DNA from: Mobula hypostoma
Lineage: Eukaryota
NCBI RefSeq assembly: GCF_963921235.1
Contig: NC_086097.1
Location: forward strand, 26,352,001-26,416,000
Length of the DNA stretch: 64,000 bases
Direction: 5' to 3'
Both the position numbers and the translations under genes were made by a program. This document shows positions 11,160 to 23,949 of the stretch, piece after piece; the stretch's first letter is position 1, and every line of letters starts with the position of its first letter. The notes under the pieces were generated by a model. The model did no database searches and was not told the DNA's origin. It worked only from the letters and a program-made list of their open reading frames with translations.

Positions 11160-12390
11160 ATGGAGAGACCTTGGAAATAGATCCATAGTTCCCTGAAAAC
11201 AGCAACACAGATGGATAGGGTGGGGAAAAGAGCATTTGGTAGGCACGTTTTCACAAGCTGAAGCACTGAGTACGTGAGAACTGGGGCATCATGTTGCAGT
11301 GTAAAGGGTGGTGGAGTGTGGGATGAGCTGCCACATGCATGAAAGTAGTGGATGCAGATCCGATTTCAACAGTTAAGAGAAGTTTGAATAAGTACCTGGA
11401 TGGAAGGGGTATGGAGGGATGTTCCAGGTGGGGGTCGATGGAACTAGGTAAAATTATAGTCTGACACGGACCAGATTAGTTGAAGGCCTGTTTCTGTGCC
11501 ATAGTTCTCCATGACTCTAAATAATGGGAAGTCTAAAGCCAGCACGACTGGAGAGTTCCCTAGCTACAGAGGTCTGCTTGTACAAGACACTGGTCAGTCG
11601 TTGACCAATGTGCCAGAAAACATGTCAAGGCAATGCGGAGGGTGCAGATGACTCGTTGGGATGTTGCATGGAATGGAGCGCCGCTATAATAATGCAAGGT
11701 TTATTTATTATCACAATATGTACGCGGTATACAACTCTGAGATTATACTTCTCCAGATAGCCACGAAACAAAGACGACCATGGAAGTTATTCAAAAAAAA
11801 CATCAACCATCACCCTCCCGCACAAAAAAATCTCACAAACGGCAACACAATTATCAACCACCCACATGAAAAAAATAGCGCAAAGGGCAACAAAAACATC
11901 AACCCACCCTCCAAGCAGAAAGACAAATCGTGCAAATGGCAAGAACATCAAACCCCACCCCCACACACAAAAAAAACTATCAAATCATGCCAAAAATTTT
12001 GATAAGCTTTTGGATAAGTTAGGTTTATTCTCACTGCTGAATAGGAGACTGAGGGATGACCTTATAGAGTATTACAAAATTATGAGGGGCATAGACAGGA
12101 AAGCTGGTCAGAATCCATTTCCAAAAGGTAGAGGTGTCAAGAACCAGAGGACACAGGTCTCAGGAATATACTTTAAAGGAGTTCTGGGGAGTAGGTTTTC
12201 CACACAGAGGATGGTGAATATTTGGAATGAGCTACCAGAGGGGCGAGTGGAGGCCAATACAATAACAATGTTTAAAGGGGCAGGTATTTGTATGGGAAGT
12301 GAGTAGAGATAAGGGTCTATCGCAGTAAATGTAGACCAGCACCACAGTCAGCATGGACACAGTGACCCATAAGGGCCTGCTCCTGTGCAC
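11160..12390 (+). mobile_element. Cluster of decayed CR1 3' fragments with an inserted Rex1-type tail (about 11690-11990, minus)
   Basis: ORF 11866-12306 C-terminal part reads LDKLGLFSL..RRLRDDLIEYYKIMRGIDR...FSTQRMVNIWNELP. Confidence 0.65.
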
Positions 12391-12951
12391 AGGTTTGCTC
12401 CTGTTCAAGGTACTTGGCTGTACATTTTGTGGTAAAGATAATTTTCAAAGTGCAATATTTATACGCATGCTGGCAATATAAGCATTTAAAATAAACTCTG
12501 GACCAACTTAAGCTGCCTTCAGCACAAGGACACATGGTTTCAAACTTTTTGTAAAGCAGAGTATGAAATAAGATGACAAACACTCAAAACACCTGTTATT
12601 GAATCTTGAAGCTGAGGTTTAGTATTTTAAAAAGGAATCTTGCCACAAGAAAGCAGTATCCATCATCAAGGCCATGCTCTCTTCTTGCTACTATATGACC
12701 ATACGACATAGAACCAGAATTACACAATTCCATTATGGTTGGATTTATTATCCCTCTCAATCCCGTTCTCCTGCCTTCCCACCCCCAATAACCTCTGACA
12801 CTCTGATTAATCAAGAACCTATCAACCTCTGCCTTAAGTATACCCGATGACGTCCTGCACATATGTCTGTGGCAATGAACTCCACAGATTCACCACCCTC
12901 TGGGTAAAGAAATATTTCCTCATCTTTGTTCTAAATGGATGTCCCTCAATT

Positions 12952-15120
12952 AGACAATAGACAATAGACAGTAGGTGCAGGAGTAGGCCATTCGGCCCTT
13001 CGAGCCAGCACCGCCATTCACTATGATCATGGCTGATCATCCACCATCAGTATCCAGTTCCTGCCTTATCCCCATAATCTTTGATTCCACTATCTTTAAG
13101 AGCTCTATCCATCTCTTTTTTGAAAGCATCCAGAGACTTGGCCTCCATAGCCTTCTGGGCAGAGCATTCCATATATCCACCACTCTCTGGGTGAAAAAGT
13201 TTTTCCTCAACTCCGTTCTAAATGGCCTACCTCTAATTCTTAAACTGTGGCCTCTGGTTCTGGACTCACCCATCAGCGCGACCATGCTTCCTGCCTGCAG
13301 CGTGTCCAATCCCTTAATAATCTTATATGTTTCATTAAGATCCCCTCTCAGCCTTCTAAATTCCAGAGTATACAAGCCCAGTCGCTCCAATCTTTTGACA
13401 TATGACAGTCCCGCCATCCCAGGAATTAACCTTGTGAACCTACGCTGCACTCCCTCAATAGCAAGCATGTCCTTCCTCAAATTTGGAGACCAAAACTGCA
13501 CACAGTACTCCAGGTGTGGTCTCACCAGGGCCCTGTACAGCTGCAGAAGGACCTCTTTGCTCTTATACTCAATTCCCCTTGTTATGAAGGCCAGCATGCC
13601 ATTAGCCTTTTTCACTGCCTGCTGTACTTGCATACTTGCTTTCAGTGACTGATGTACAAGAACACCTAGATCTCGTTGTGCTTCCCCTTTTCCTAACTTG
13701 ACTCCATTTAGATAATAATCTGCCTTCCCGTTCTTACCACCAAAGTGGATAACTCACATTTATCCACATTAAACTGCATCTGCCATGCATCTGCCACTCA
13801 CCCAGCCTGTCCAAGTCACCCTGCATTCTCATAACATCCTCCTCACATTTCACACTGCCTCCCAGCTTTGTGTCATCAGCAAATTTGCTAATGTTACTTT
13901 TAATTCCCTCATCTAAATCATTAATATATATTGTAAACAGCCGCGGTCCCAGCACTGAACCCTGCGGTACCCCACTGGTCACCGCCTGCCATTCCAAAAG
14001 GGACTCGTTAATCACTACTCTTTGTTTTCTGTCAGCCAGCCAATTTTCAATCCATGTCAGTACTCTGCCCCCAATACCATGTGCCCTAATTTTGTCCACT
14101 AATATCCAATGTAGGACTTTATCAAAGGCTTTCTGAAAGTCCAGGTACACTACATCCACTGGCTCTCCCTTGTCCATTTTCATAGTTACATCCTCAAAAA
14201 ATTCCAGAAGGTTAGTCAAGCACGATTTCCCCTTTGTAAATCCATGCTGACTTGGACCAATCCTGTTACCACTATCCAGATGTATCGTAATTTCATCTTT
14301 TATAATTGACTCCAGCATCTTTCCCACCACCGACGTCAGGCTAACCGGTCTATAATTCCCCGTTTTCTCTCTTCCTCCCTTCTTGAAGAGAGGGACAACA
14401 TTAGCCACCCTCCAATCCACAGGAACTGATCCTGAATCTATAGAACATTGGAAAATGATTACCAATGCGTCCACGATTTCTAAAGCCACCTCCTTAAGTA
14501 CCCTGGGATGCAGACCATCAGGTCCTGGGGACTTATCAGCCTTCAGACCCAACAGCCTATCCAACACCATTTCCTGCCTAATATAAATTTCCTTCAATTC
14601 ATCCATTACCCTAGGTCTTTTGGCCACTATTACATCTGGGAGATTGTTTGTGTCTTCCCTAGTGAAGACAGATCCAAAGTACCTGTTCAACTCGTCTGCC
14701 ATTTCCTTGTTCCCCATAATAAATTCACCCGCTTCTGTCTTCAAGGGCACAATTTTGGTCTTAACTACTTTTTTTCCTTTTCACATACCTAAAGAAGCTT
14801 TTACTATCCTCCTTTATATTCTTGGCTAGTTTACCTTCGTACCTCATTTTTTCTCCATGTATTGCCTTTTTAGTTACCTTCTGTTGCTCTTTAAAAGTTT
14901 CCCAATCCTCTGGCTTCCCGCTCATCTTTGCTATGTTATACTTCTTCTCTATTATTTTTATGCTGTCCATTACTTCCCTTGTCAGCCACGGCCTCCCCTT
15001 ACTCCCCTTAGGATCTTTCTTCCTCTTTGGAACGAACTGATCCTGCACCTTCCGCATTATTCCCAGAAACACTTGCCATTGTTGTTCCACTGCCATCCCT
15101 GCCAGGGTATTGTTCCATTG
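12952..15120 (-). mobile_element. Young 5'-truncated CR1 LINE (RT to 3' end)
   Basis: Long ORFs 14761-15171, 13734-14750 and 13037-13633. Tail is (ATTGTCT)n, seen as agacaat repeats at 12952-12972. Host CR1 gtccctcaatt|ctgacgctgtg is split with AATT duplicated. Confidence 0.95.
13037..15120 (-). pseudogene. CR1 ORF2 reverse transcriptase, frameshifted and lacking the endonuclease
   Basis: Motifs KSPGPDG, NYRPVSLTS, QHGF, YLDFQKAFDKV, GVPQGSVLGP, FADD and LVRPHLEYCVQFWSP are spread over three frames. Confidence 0.9.
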
Positions 15121-17592
15121 AATTCTGACGCTGTGCCCTCTGCTCCTAAACTCCTCCATTATAGAAAACATCGATAGGTTGCAATGACATCCACCACACC
15201 CCCCCCCCCCACCGCCACCCCGTCCATTCTTCTAAACTCCAGCAAGTACAGGCCCAGAATGTTCCCCATTTGTTAACCCTTTCATTTCTGGGATTTCTTC
15301 ACCTCCTTTGGATCCTCCCCAATGCCAGCAAATCTTTTCTTAGATAAGGGGTGCAAAACTGCTCACAATACTCCAAGTGAGGATTGACCAATCAGCATTA
15401 CATCCTTGCTTTTGTACTTTAGTCCTCTCGAAATTAATGCCAACATTGCATTTGCCTTCATTACCACTGACTCAACCTGCAATTTACCCTTTAGGGAATC
15501 CTGCACGAGGACTCCCAAGTCAAATTTCGAAGTTCAAAGTCCTTCTGCATCTCTGATTTTTGTATTTTCTCCCCCTTTAGAAAATAGTCCACACCTTTAG
15601 TCCTCTGCCAAAGGGCATGACCAAGCACTTCCCTACATACCTTCAATCTGTTTAAGTCCTTCAGTGGGTACCATACCTTTACCCATCTTCGCATTGTCCA
15701 CAAACTTGGCCACAAAGCCATCAATTCCTTCACCCAAATCACTGACATACAATGTGAAAAGAAAAGGTCCTGACACTGCCCGCTGCGGCACACCACTAAT
15801 CACATCACTGGCAGCCAACCAGAAAAGGTCCCATTAATTCCCACGCCTTGCATCCTGCCAGTTAGCCAAACTTCTATCCACACTAGTACCTTTCCTGTAA
15901 TACCATGGGTCCTTATCTTGCTAAGCAGCCTCATGTGTGGTACCTTGTCAAAGGCCATCTGAAAATCCAAATAAACAACACCAACTTCATCTATCCTGCC
16001 TGTTATTTCCTCAAAGAATTCCAATAGATTTGTCAGGCAGAATTCTGATAGATTTCTCCTTTAGAAAACCATGCTGACTTCGACCAATTTTATCATGTCT
16101 CTCCAAGTACGTGAAACCTCATCCTTAATAATGGGCACCATCTTTCCAACAAGTCAGGATAAATGGCTTATCACTTCCTTTCTTCTGCCTCCCTCCCTTC
16201 TTCAAGAGGAGAGTGACATGTGTAATTTTCCAGTCCTCAAAACCCATTCCAGAATCCAGCAATTCTTAAAAGTTCATTGCTAATATCTCCACAATCTCTT
16301 CAGCTATCTCTTTCGGAACCCTGCAGTGTAGTTCACCAGGTCCAGATTTTTCAGGCTTTTCAGTTTCCCAAGCACCTTCTCCTTAGTAATAACGACACTC
16401 ACTTCTGCCCCCTGACACTCTCACATTTCTGGCATTCTGCTGATGTCTTCTACAGTGAAGACTGATGCAAAAAAATTTACTAAGTTTCGTCTGCCATTTC
16501 TTTGTCCCCTATTACTACCTCTCCATCATTTCCAGCAGTCCTACTATCCACTCTTGTCTCACTTTAACTTTTTATATACCTGAAAAAAGCTTTTTGTATC
16601 CTCTTTTATACTATTAGCTAGCTCCCCTTCATATTTCATCTTTTCTCCCTCTGTGGCTTTTTAAGTTGATTTTTAAAGCTTCCCAGTCCTTTACCTTCCC
16701 ACTATTTTTTGCTATACTGTATGCCCACTCTTTTGCTTTTATACTGTCTTTGACTTTCCTTGTCAGCCACGGTTGCCTCGTCCTCCTTTTGGAAAACTTC
16801 TTCATCTTTGGGATGTATCTTTCCTGCTCCTTCCAAATTTACCCCAGAAACTCCAGCCATTGCTGTTCTGCTGTCATCCCTGCTAGTGTCCCCTTTCCAA
16901 TCAATTTTGGGCAGGTCCTCTCACATTCCTTTGTAATTCCTCTACTCCACTGTAACACTTATGCATTCAATTTTATCTTCTTCTCAAACTGCAAGGTGAA
17001 TTCTATCATATTATGATCACTCCTTTACCTTAAGTTTCCTAATGAAATCTGGGTCATTATATAACATCCAATCCAGAACTGCCATTCCCCTAGTGGTCCC
17101 AACCACAAGCTGCTCTAAAAAGCCAGATCATAGGCATTCTACAAATTCCCTCTCTTGGGATCCAGAACCAACTAGATTTTTCCAATCTACCTGCCTATTG
17201 AAATCCCCCATGATTATCACAACATTGCCCTTTTAAAATACCTTTTCCATTGCCTGTTGTAATTTGTAGCTCACAAGCCTTTATACAACTCCGATCAGGT
17301 CTTGTTAACCCTGCCTGCAGTTTCTTAACTCAACTCACAAGGATTCCACACCTTCTGATCCTATGTCCCCTTTTCCCAAGGATTTGATTTCATTTTTTAC
17401 CCCACCCCCTTTGCCTACCTGCCTGTCCTTTCAATACAATGCATATCCCTGGGTGTTAAGCTCCCAACTGTGATCTTCTTTCAGCTACGACTCAGTGATG
17501 CCCACAACATCATACCTGCTATTCTCTAACTGCACCACAAGATCATATACCTTATTCTGTGTACTGCGTGCATTGAAACATAACACCTTCAG

Positions 17593-17878
17593 TCCTGTTT
17601 TCATCACCTTTTTTTGATTTTGGCCTCGTTATACTTTAACTCATTCCACTGACTGCAATTTTGCCCTATCATCTGCTTGTCCTTCCTCACAGCCTCACTA
17701 CGCACTGCAGTACTTGTACATTTACTGCCCCAAGCTCCTGTTTTCATCACCTTTTTTTGATTTTGGCCTCGTTATACTTTAACTCATTCCACTGACTGCA
17801 ATTTTGCCCTATCATCTGCTTGTCCTTCCTCACAGCCTCACTACGCACTGCAGTACTTATACATTTACTGCCCCAAGC
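17593..17878. repeat. 143-bp tandem duplication inside the old CR1
   Basis: 17593-17735 and 17736-17878 are identical except tacttGtaca versus tacttAtaca; TC microhomology at the junction. Confidence 0.95.
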
Positions 17879-18698
17879 TCAGCCCTATCACTCTAGTTCC
17901 CACCACCACCCCGCCAAATTAGCTTAAGCCCACCCCAACAGCTCTAGCAAACCTGCCCGCAAGGATATTGGTCTCCCTCAGATTCAGGTGTAACCCATCA
18001 CTTTTGTATAGGTCATGCCTTCCCCAGAAGAGATTGCAATGGTCCAGAAAACTGAAACTCTGCCCAGTGCACTAATTCCTCAACCACACGTTCATCTGCC
18101 AAATCATCCTGTTCCTACCCTCAACGGTACGTGACACAGGCAGCAATCCAGAGATTACTACCCTAGAGTTCCTGCTTTTCAGCTTTCTGCCCAACTCCCT
18201 ATATTCTCTCTTCAGGACCTCTTCCATTTTCCTACCTATGTCTTTGGTATCAATATGTACCATGACATCCAGCTGTTCACCTTCCCCCTTTAAAAATGCC
18301 GTGGACCAGGTCCAAGACATCCCTGACACTGGTGTCTCTTTCACGTTCACAGAATCTGTTTTCTTCCCCTCTAATTATGGATTATCAATCACTACTGCAG
18401 TCCTCTTCGTTCCCCCCCACTTCCCTTCTGAGCCACAGAGTCAGACTCTGTGCCAAACACCCGGTCACTATGGCTTCTCCCGGTAGGTCATCTCCCTCAG
18501 CAGTATCCAAAGCGGCATACTTATTATTGAGAGGAACAGCCAGGGAGGTACTCTGCACTGGCTGCCTATTCACTTTCCCTTCAGTTCATTAACAAGGTCT
18601 GTAAGGAGCTCTACTACCACTGGGTGGGAGGTACAGGAGCCTTAGGTCCCATACTACCAGGTTCAGGAACAGTTATTAGCCTCAACCATCAGGCTCCT

Positions 18699-20044
18699 TG
18701 TTGTGTGACAAAGTCACTGGACAGAAGTGCTGGTGGATATAAAGTAGTCTCTTTCTTTGACAAAGTATCACAAATAAGCTGACAGCCTTTGGTGGGGGGA
18801 GAAGAGAGAGGGAGGGGGAGAGGCTAGAGTCCAAGGCCAATTCCATATTTACAATGCTGCCTTTGAACTACATCTAACAGTTTCAAATGCCTGAATCTAC
18901 CCACAATCACACCACCCTGTTCACACCTATTTTACACATGCCCAAATACACACAGGTAACAAAATTAAGGCTACATCCACACTACACCGGATAATTTTGA
19001 AAACAATGCTTCTTCTCTTCGTTTTGACCCTCCATCAACACTGAAGCGGCGTTTTCATCCCCCGAAAACGGAGCTTTTCTAAAACACTCTCCAGAGTGTG
19101 TAAATTTGAAAACGATTGTTGCGCATTGTAGTGTGGATGGGGTAAACGGAGAGATTTAAAAACGCTGTCATGACAACACCACCACAACATTGCTTTTTCT
19201 GCTTCTGCTTGGTACAGCGCAAGCACTGCCAGACAGCTGTTATAACACGCAGTCGGTGTAAACAGCGTGAGAGTTAAATTGTAACGTGAGCTTTTTTGAC
19301 TAGATCCCCTAAATTGATTTGATTGAGTCTATCTTTAAGAATATTAATGTCAGAAATACTGCACAGGTCTGGCGGCAGAAGATTCCACTCTCTTGCTGAT
19401 CTTGGGTCGAGGACGGCTTCATGAGTGTGTTGTTTACTTTATTGTCTACGTTAATAGCTTGTTTGGAGTTAAACACCTCCACTGCTTTGCTGACTTTGTA
19501 GTCATTTGTAACTCACAGAAACAGCTCAACTTCATTGTCTGTCTAAACGAAAAAATCTGGTCTGCTTTTTCTAGCGGAGGTTTTCTTTGTATTCCTCGAA
19601 GACATTGTTGAAAACTTCCTTTGGCCGTTGTTGTTGGTACTCTAGTTTTTGACCAATGGAAATAGCACAACGCCGCCACGGAAATCTAAGTATTATACTG
19701 TTTCCTCTTTGCTTGTTTTCTGTAGATGTGTTTGCGCATGCCCAGTAGGAGTAGATTCGTCCAAATATCCGTTTTAATGTAGACAGAGATATTTTGAAAA
19801 ACGCCTAGTGTGGACGCCTGTCGTTTTTACTTGAAACCGGCGTTTTCAAAATTATCTGGTCTAGTGTGGACGTAGCCTAAATCAGCATTGTCCGTTTTTC
19901 CAATTAACTTAATTTGTGGTTCTTAGGAACCCATTGTTCAGAGCTGCATTTTAGATCTAATCCACAATTCATATTCAAATCTGAAGGCGAGCAGCTGAAG
20001 TCAGTTAAAGTTGCTTGCTACATGACAAAAAAAATCACTGAACA
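18699..20044. mobile_element. Solo LTR (about 434 bp once the Harbinger is removed)
   Basis: Starts TGTTG and ends AACA; exact 5-bp TSD CTCCT at 18694-18698 and 20045-20049. Confidence 0.8.
18969..19877 (-). mobile_element. PIF/Harbinger non-autonomous element with Myb/SANT ORF remnant
   Basis: 36-bp TIR GGCTAC(A/G)TCCACACTA.ACC.GATAATTTTGAAAAC (3 mismatches) and TAA TSD. Minus strand near 19480-19560 reads FFV*TDNEVELFL*VTNDYKVSK. Confidence 0.9.
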
Positions 20045-21704
20045 CTCCTGAACTAGTGTAGATAACTTCACTCACCTCAATACTAAACTGATTCCACAAG
20101 CAAGAGACTCACTTTCCAGGACTTCACCTCACGTTCTCAGTATTTATTTATTTATCTGTTTATTGAATAATTTGCATGACGTGTCTCCTTTCGCACATTA
20201 ATTGTTTGTCAGGCATTGTTATATATAGCTTTTTCATAAATTCTTTATTTTCCTGTGAATGCCCGCAAGAAAATGAATCTACATATATATATATTTTGAT
20301 GATGAAGTTGATTCGAATCATTATATAGCTAATTGATATTTTATGTTTAATCTACTAATTTAAAAACAAATTATCTTGGATTATGTAACACCAGAGCATT
20401 GCAACTAATTAATTAATTAATAATTGCTGTTATGCAGACAAATGCAGGGGCCAATTTTCAGATCATAATATTGACTATTTAATGTGGTTTCATGACCAGA
20501 TTAGAGCCCTGCGCCAGCCAGGGCCTTTGTAACAGTGTCATGAAATCTGTTATGTCCAAATAAATAGGTCTTGTTTAACCCAATCCAAAATGCATTCTTT
20601 GGACAGTGTATAAAGGAGCTAGGCAACTGCACAGGATCTCTGAAGTTGGACCTACCCCTATATTCTAAAAGGATTAGAATGCTCGCAAGTTCATATTTGC
20701 TACTTCAGTCTAAAGTACAGAGCATTATCAAGGGCCCTGAGATGAAATATTATCAATTTTTGTGCCTTACTTCTGAGTTTTTCAAGTATCTTCTGTTTTC
20801 TTTATTCATAGGATAATGGAAATATTTCAGCAAAGGAAGCTATCATTCCCAATTCTGATCCTGATGAAGGGTCTTAGCCCAAAATTTTGACTGTTTATTC
20901 CTTTCCATCAATGTTATTAAATATTTATATTAAAACATTTCTCAATCCATTTCCACTAATGAGAAAAACCTGAATGTCACCAGTCAATCCATATAACTGT
21001 AGTCCTTCATGCATAGGATCATTCATGTAAATCTCTACTGTACAATGTCTAAGCCTTCACAGGCTTAAGTGCAGTATTCAGATCAAGAAGCTCTTCGAGG
21101 TACAATTGATCCAATGTTTTGTCAAGATTCAATGGGATTTCCTTGCTTTTATACTTTATTTTTAAACCAAAACTCCAAAGTTCAAAATAAATCTGTTATC
21201 AAAGTACATAAATGTCATCATATTCTACCTTGCAATCCATTTTCTGCAGGCATTGACAGTAAAACAAAGAAATGTGCAATATAATCAATTGCAAACTACA
21301 CACAAAGGCAGAGAAACAACCATTATGCAATAGACAAACTGTGCAAATACATAAATAAATAAACATATCAACAAACAATACTGAGAACATGAGTTGTAGA
21401 GTCCTTCAAAGTGAGACCTTAGCCTGTGGAATCATTTCAGAGTTCAGGTTATTCACACTGGTTCAGGAGCCTAATGACTGAAAGATAATAACTGTTTCTG
21501 AACTTGGTGGTGTAGGACCTAAGGCTACTGTACCTCCTTCCCTAAGAATCAATCCGTACTTTTTTTTACCAAAATATATTACTTTTGACTTCTCTTCAAA
21601 CTTTAATTATGCAGCCTTTCAAAATAAATTGATAATTTGCTTACTCCTGCTGTACAGTGATTTCCGTTTTGTACTAATTTTAATTTAACTATTTAATGTA
21701 CTTT

Positions 21705-22382
21705 ATACTTACTTTACTTTATACTTTATTGTCACCAAACAATTGATACTAGAACGTACAATCATCATATTTGATTCTGCGCTTTCTGTTCCCTGGATTA
21801 CAAATCGATAGTAAATATTAAAAATTTAAATTATAAATCATAAATAGAAAATAGAAAAATGGAAAGTAAGGTAGTACAAAAAAACCGAGAGGCAGGTCCA
21901 GATATTTGGAGGGTATGGCCCAGATCCGGGTCAGGATCCGTTCAGCAGTTTTATCACAGTTGGAAAGAAGCTGTTCCCAAATCTGGCTGTAAAAGTCTTC
22001 AAGCTCCTGAGCCTTCTCCCAGAGGGAAGAGGGACGAAAAATATGTTAGCTGGGTGGGTCGTGTCCTTGATTATCCTGGCAGCACTGCTCCGACAGCGTG
22101 CGGTGTAAAGTGAGTCCAAGGACGGAAGATTGGTTTGTGTGATGTGCTGCGCCGTGTTCATGATCTTCTGCAGCTTCTTTCGGTCTTGGACAGGACAACT
22201 TCCATACCAGGTTGTGATGCACCCTAGAAGAATGTTTTCTACAGTGCTTCTATCAAAATGAGTGAGGGTTTTAGGGGACAGGCCAAATTTCTTTAGTTTT
22301 CTCGGTAAGTAAAGGTGCTGGTGGGCCTTCTTGGAAGTGGACTCTGCTTGGTTAGACCAAGTCAGGTCATTTGTGATATTGA
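21705..22382 (-). mobile_element. Rex1/Babar LINE 3' fragment, (AAAGT/AAAGTAT)n-tailed subfamily
   Basis: ORF 21931-22161 reads NLPSLDSLYTARCRSSAARIIKDTTHPANIFFVPLPSGRRLRSL...RFGNSFFP; a closely similar copy lies at 50420-50822 (+). Confidence 0.8.
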
Positions 22383-22620
22383 CATAATATATATACTTAC
22401 TGTAATTGATTTACTTATTTTTTCTTTCTATATTATCATGTATTGCATTGAATTGCTGCTGCTAAGTTAACAAATTTCATGACACACATCAGTGATGATA
22501 AACCTGATTCTGATAAATCAGTTACTGTAAGCAGTTCTAAAACACATCAAGATGAATGTTGTTCATGCTTTTATAATACTTTGAATGTGGTCAGAATAAA
22601 ATGGTCTTTAGAAATTTAGT

Positions 22621-22745
22621 CAGTCCTGATGCAGGATCTCAACCTGAAATGTAGACTCTTTATTCCTTTCCATTATTCCTGTTCTGCTGAGTTCCTGCAG
22701 CATTTTGTGTGTGTTACCCTGGATTTCCAGCACTGCAGAATCTCT
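22621..22745 (+). mobile_element. Penelope-type terminal repeat with decayed hammerhead core
   Basis: cagtc-CTGATGc-aggatctcaacct-GAAAT-gtagact followed by ctgctgagttcctgcagcattttgtgt...ggatttccagca. Confidence 0.7.
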
Positions 22746-23949
22746 TTAGGAATTAAACGCTTTCTAATATATACAGTACTTCATTTGGTTCACTGTTCTC
22801 TACATACCAAGAAAAATCTATTATTGATGTCAGTGCTGTATAATTTAATTAGCAGTCATATCTGTCCCAAAAAGGACAACTACACGAGGAGTAATATACA
22901 ATGATGCAACAAGGTCAAACAATAGTTTGTGCACTGTTAAAGCTTTTAGGTGATGTTTCCAGCAAACAAGAGTCTGACTCACAGGGTGGCAGATCATTGA
23001 AATTGAGCTTTAAAGCTATCAAACAGTAAACCCTTACTCTGTGTTGTGTTAGCTTTTCTTTATTTGTGCTGTAATCGATAAAGACTGCACTATAATTTTC
23101 TGGATTGCTTTTTCTATAGCTCAAATAATTTGCAAAAACTGTTCTTAGAGCAGGTTATTGACGTTGCCTGTTCCCAGTGATCCATAGATTCATCCTGCCC
23201 ATTGTCAATGTAAAATTCTAACTTGAATGAAGTAGTAATAAATGCATGAGAAAAATGAAAGAAACAACCTAACCCATTTGCATGTAGCTTAACCCACTAT
23301 TTCAAGAGAAAAAAATGGCACGTATCTGACTGCTAACCACATATTATAATGGTCAGAAAACAGCATTCAATCTTTTTGTAAGGGAAAAGTACAAAAATAC
23401 TTTGCATGTGCATACCTGAGTTATAAAAAGCATTCGTTTTAATCTAGACTGTTACCAAAACTCAACCAATGTAACCAATAGAAGAAAACCATTTATCTAG
23501 TGCTGCAAAGTGGCAATGATTTTCAATACATGAACCTAATTCTACAATTTTCAAATTTTCGATTCAGTGCCTTGATTATGATAGGACTCAAAAGGCATTT
23601 ATCCTCTTGCTCTGATAAAGGATCACTGACTGAAACATCTACTTTATCTTTTTCTCTTGTAATGCAAATAGCCTTACTAAACATTTCTAGCATCTTGACT
23701 TCTTTTTATATTGCAAATCTCTTGAACAAATTCAAGTAGTGAACACTGTGTCATGCTTCACAATGTCTTGTGATTACGGGAGCAGCTATCTGCTGCCTGA
23801 GGAATGTTCCTTCAGTAAATCAAATTTAATCAGAGGAGCAAATTAATGCAACAATTCGATACAATTGATCAAAATAAGTACTGTACAAAATATAGACTTC
23901 CACAGTGAATATGGGCATTTGTAAAGTAACAAAAGGCAACCTAGTAAAG

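Larger units (their letters stand above)
12700..18590 (-). mobile_element. Old near-full-length CR1 LINE (ORF1 SGNH-esterase-like, APE endonuclease, RT), split by a younger CR1
   Basis: ORF1: 18072-18350 VMVHIDT.DIGRK...EYRELGRKLKSR.SRVVISGLLPV and DGLHLN near 17990. Endonuclease: VGITES near 17495, GDFN near 17205, SDHNMI near 17015. RT: YLDFQMAFDKVPH (15800-16024) and SGVPQ (15633-15818). Many stops and frameshifts. Confidence 0.9.
18610..20285 (+). mobile_element. Rex1/Babar 3' fragment split by a solo LTR
   Basis: gggaggtacaggagccttaggtccc...aaccatcaggctcct resumes as ctcctgaactagtgtagataacttcactcacc, collinear with the copy at 2760-2860. Confidence 0.75.

Noticed and set aside
13023..13652. 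209-aa plus-strand ORF (and similar ORFs at 13870-15177)
   Set aside because: These are antisense shadows of CR1 ORF2 with no independent evidence.
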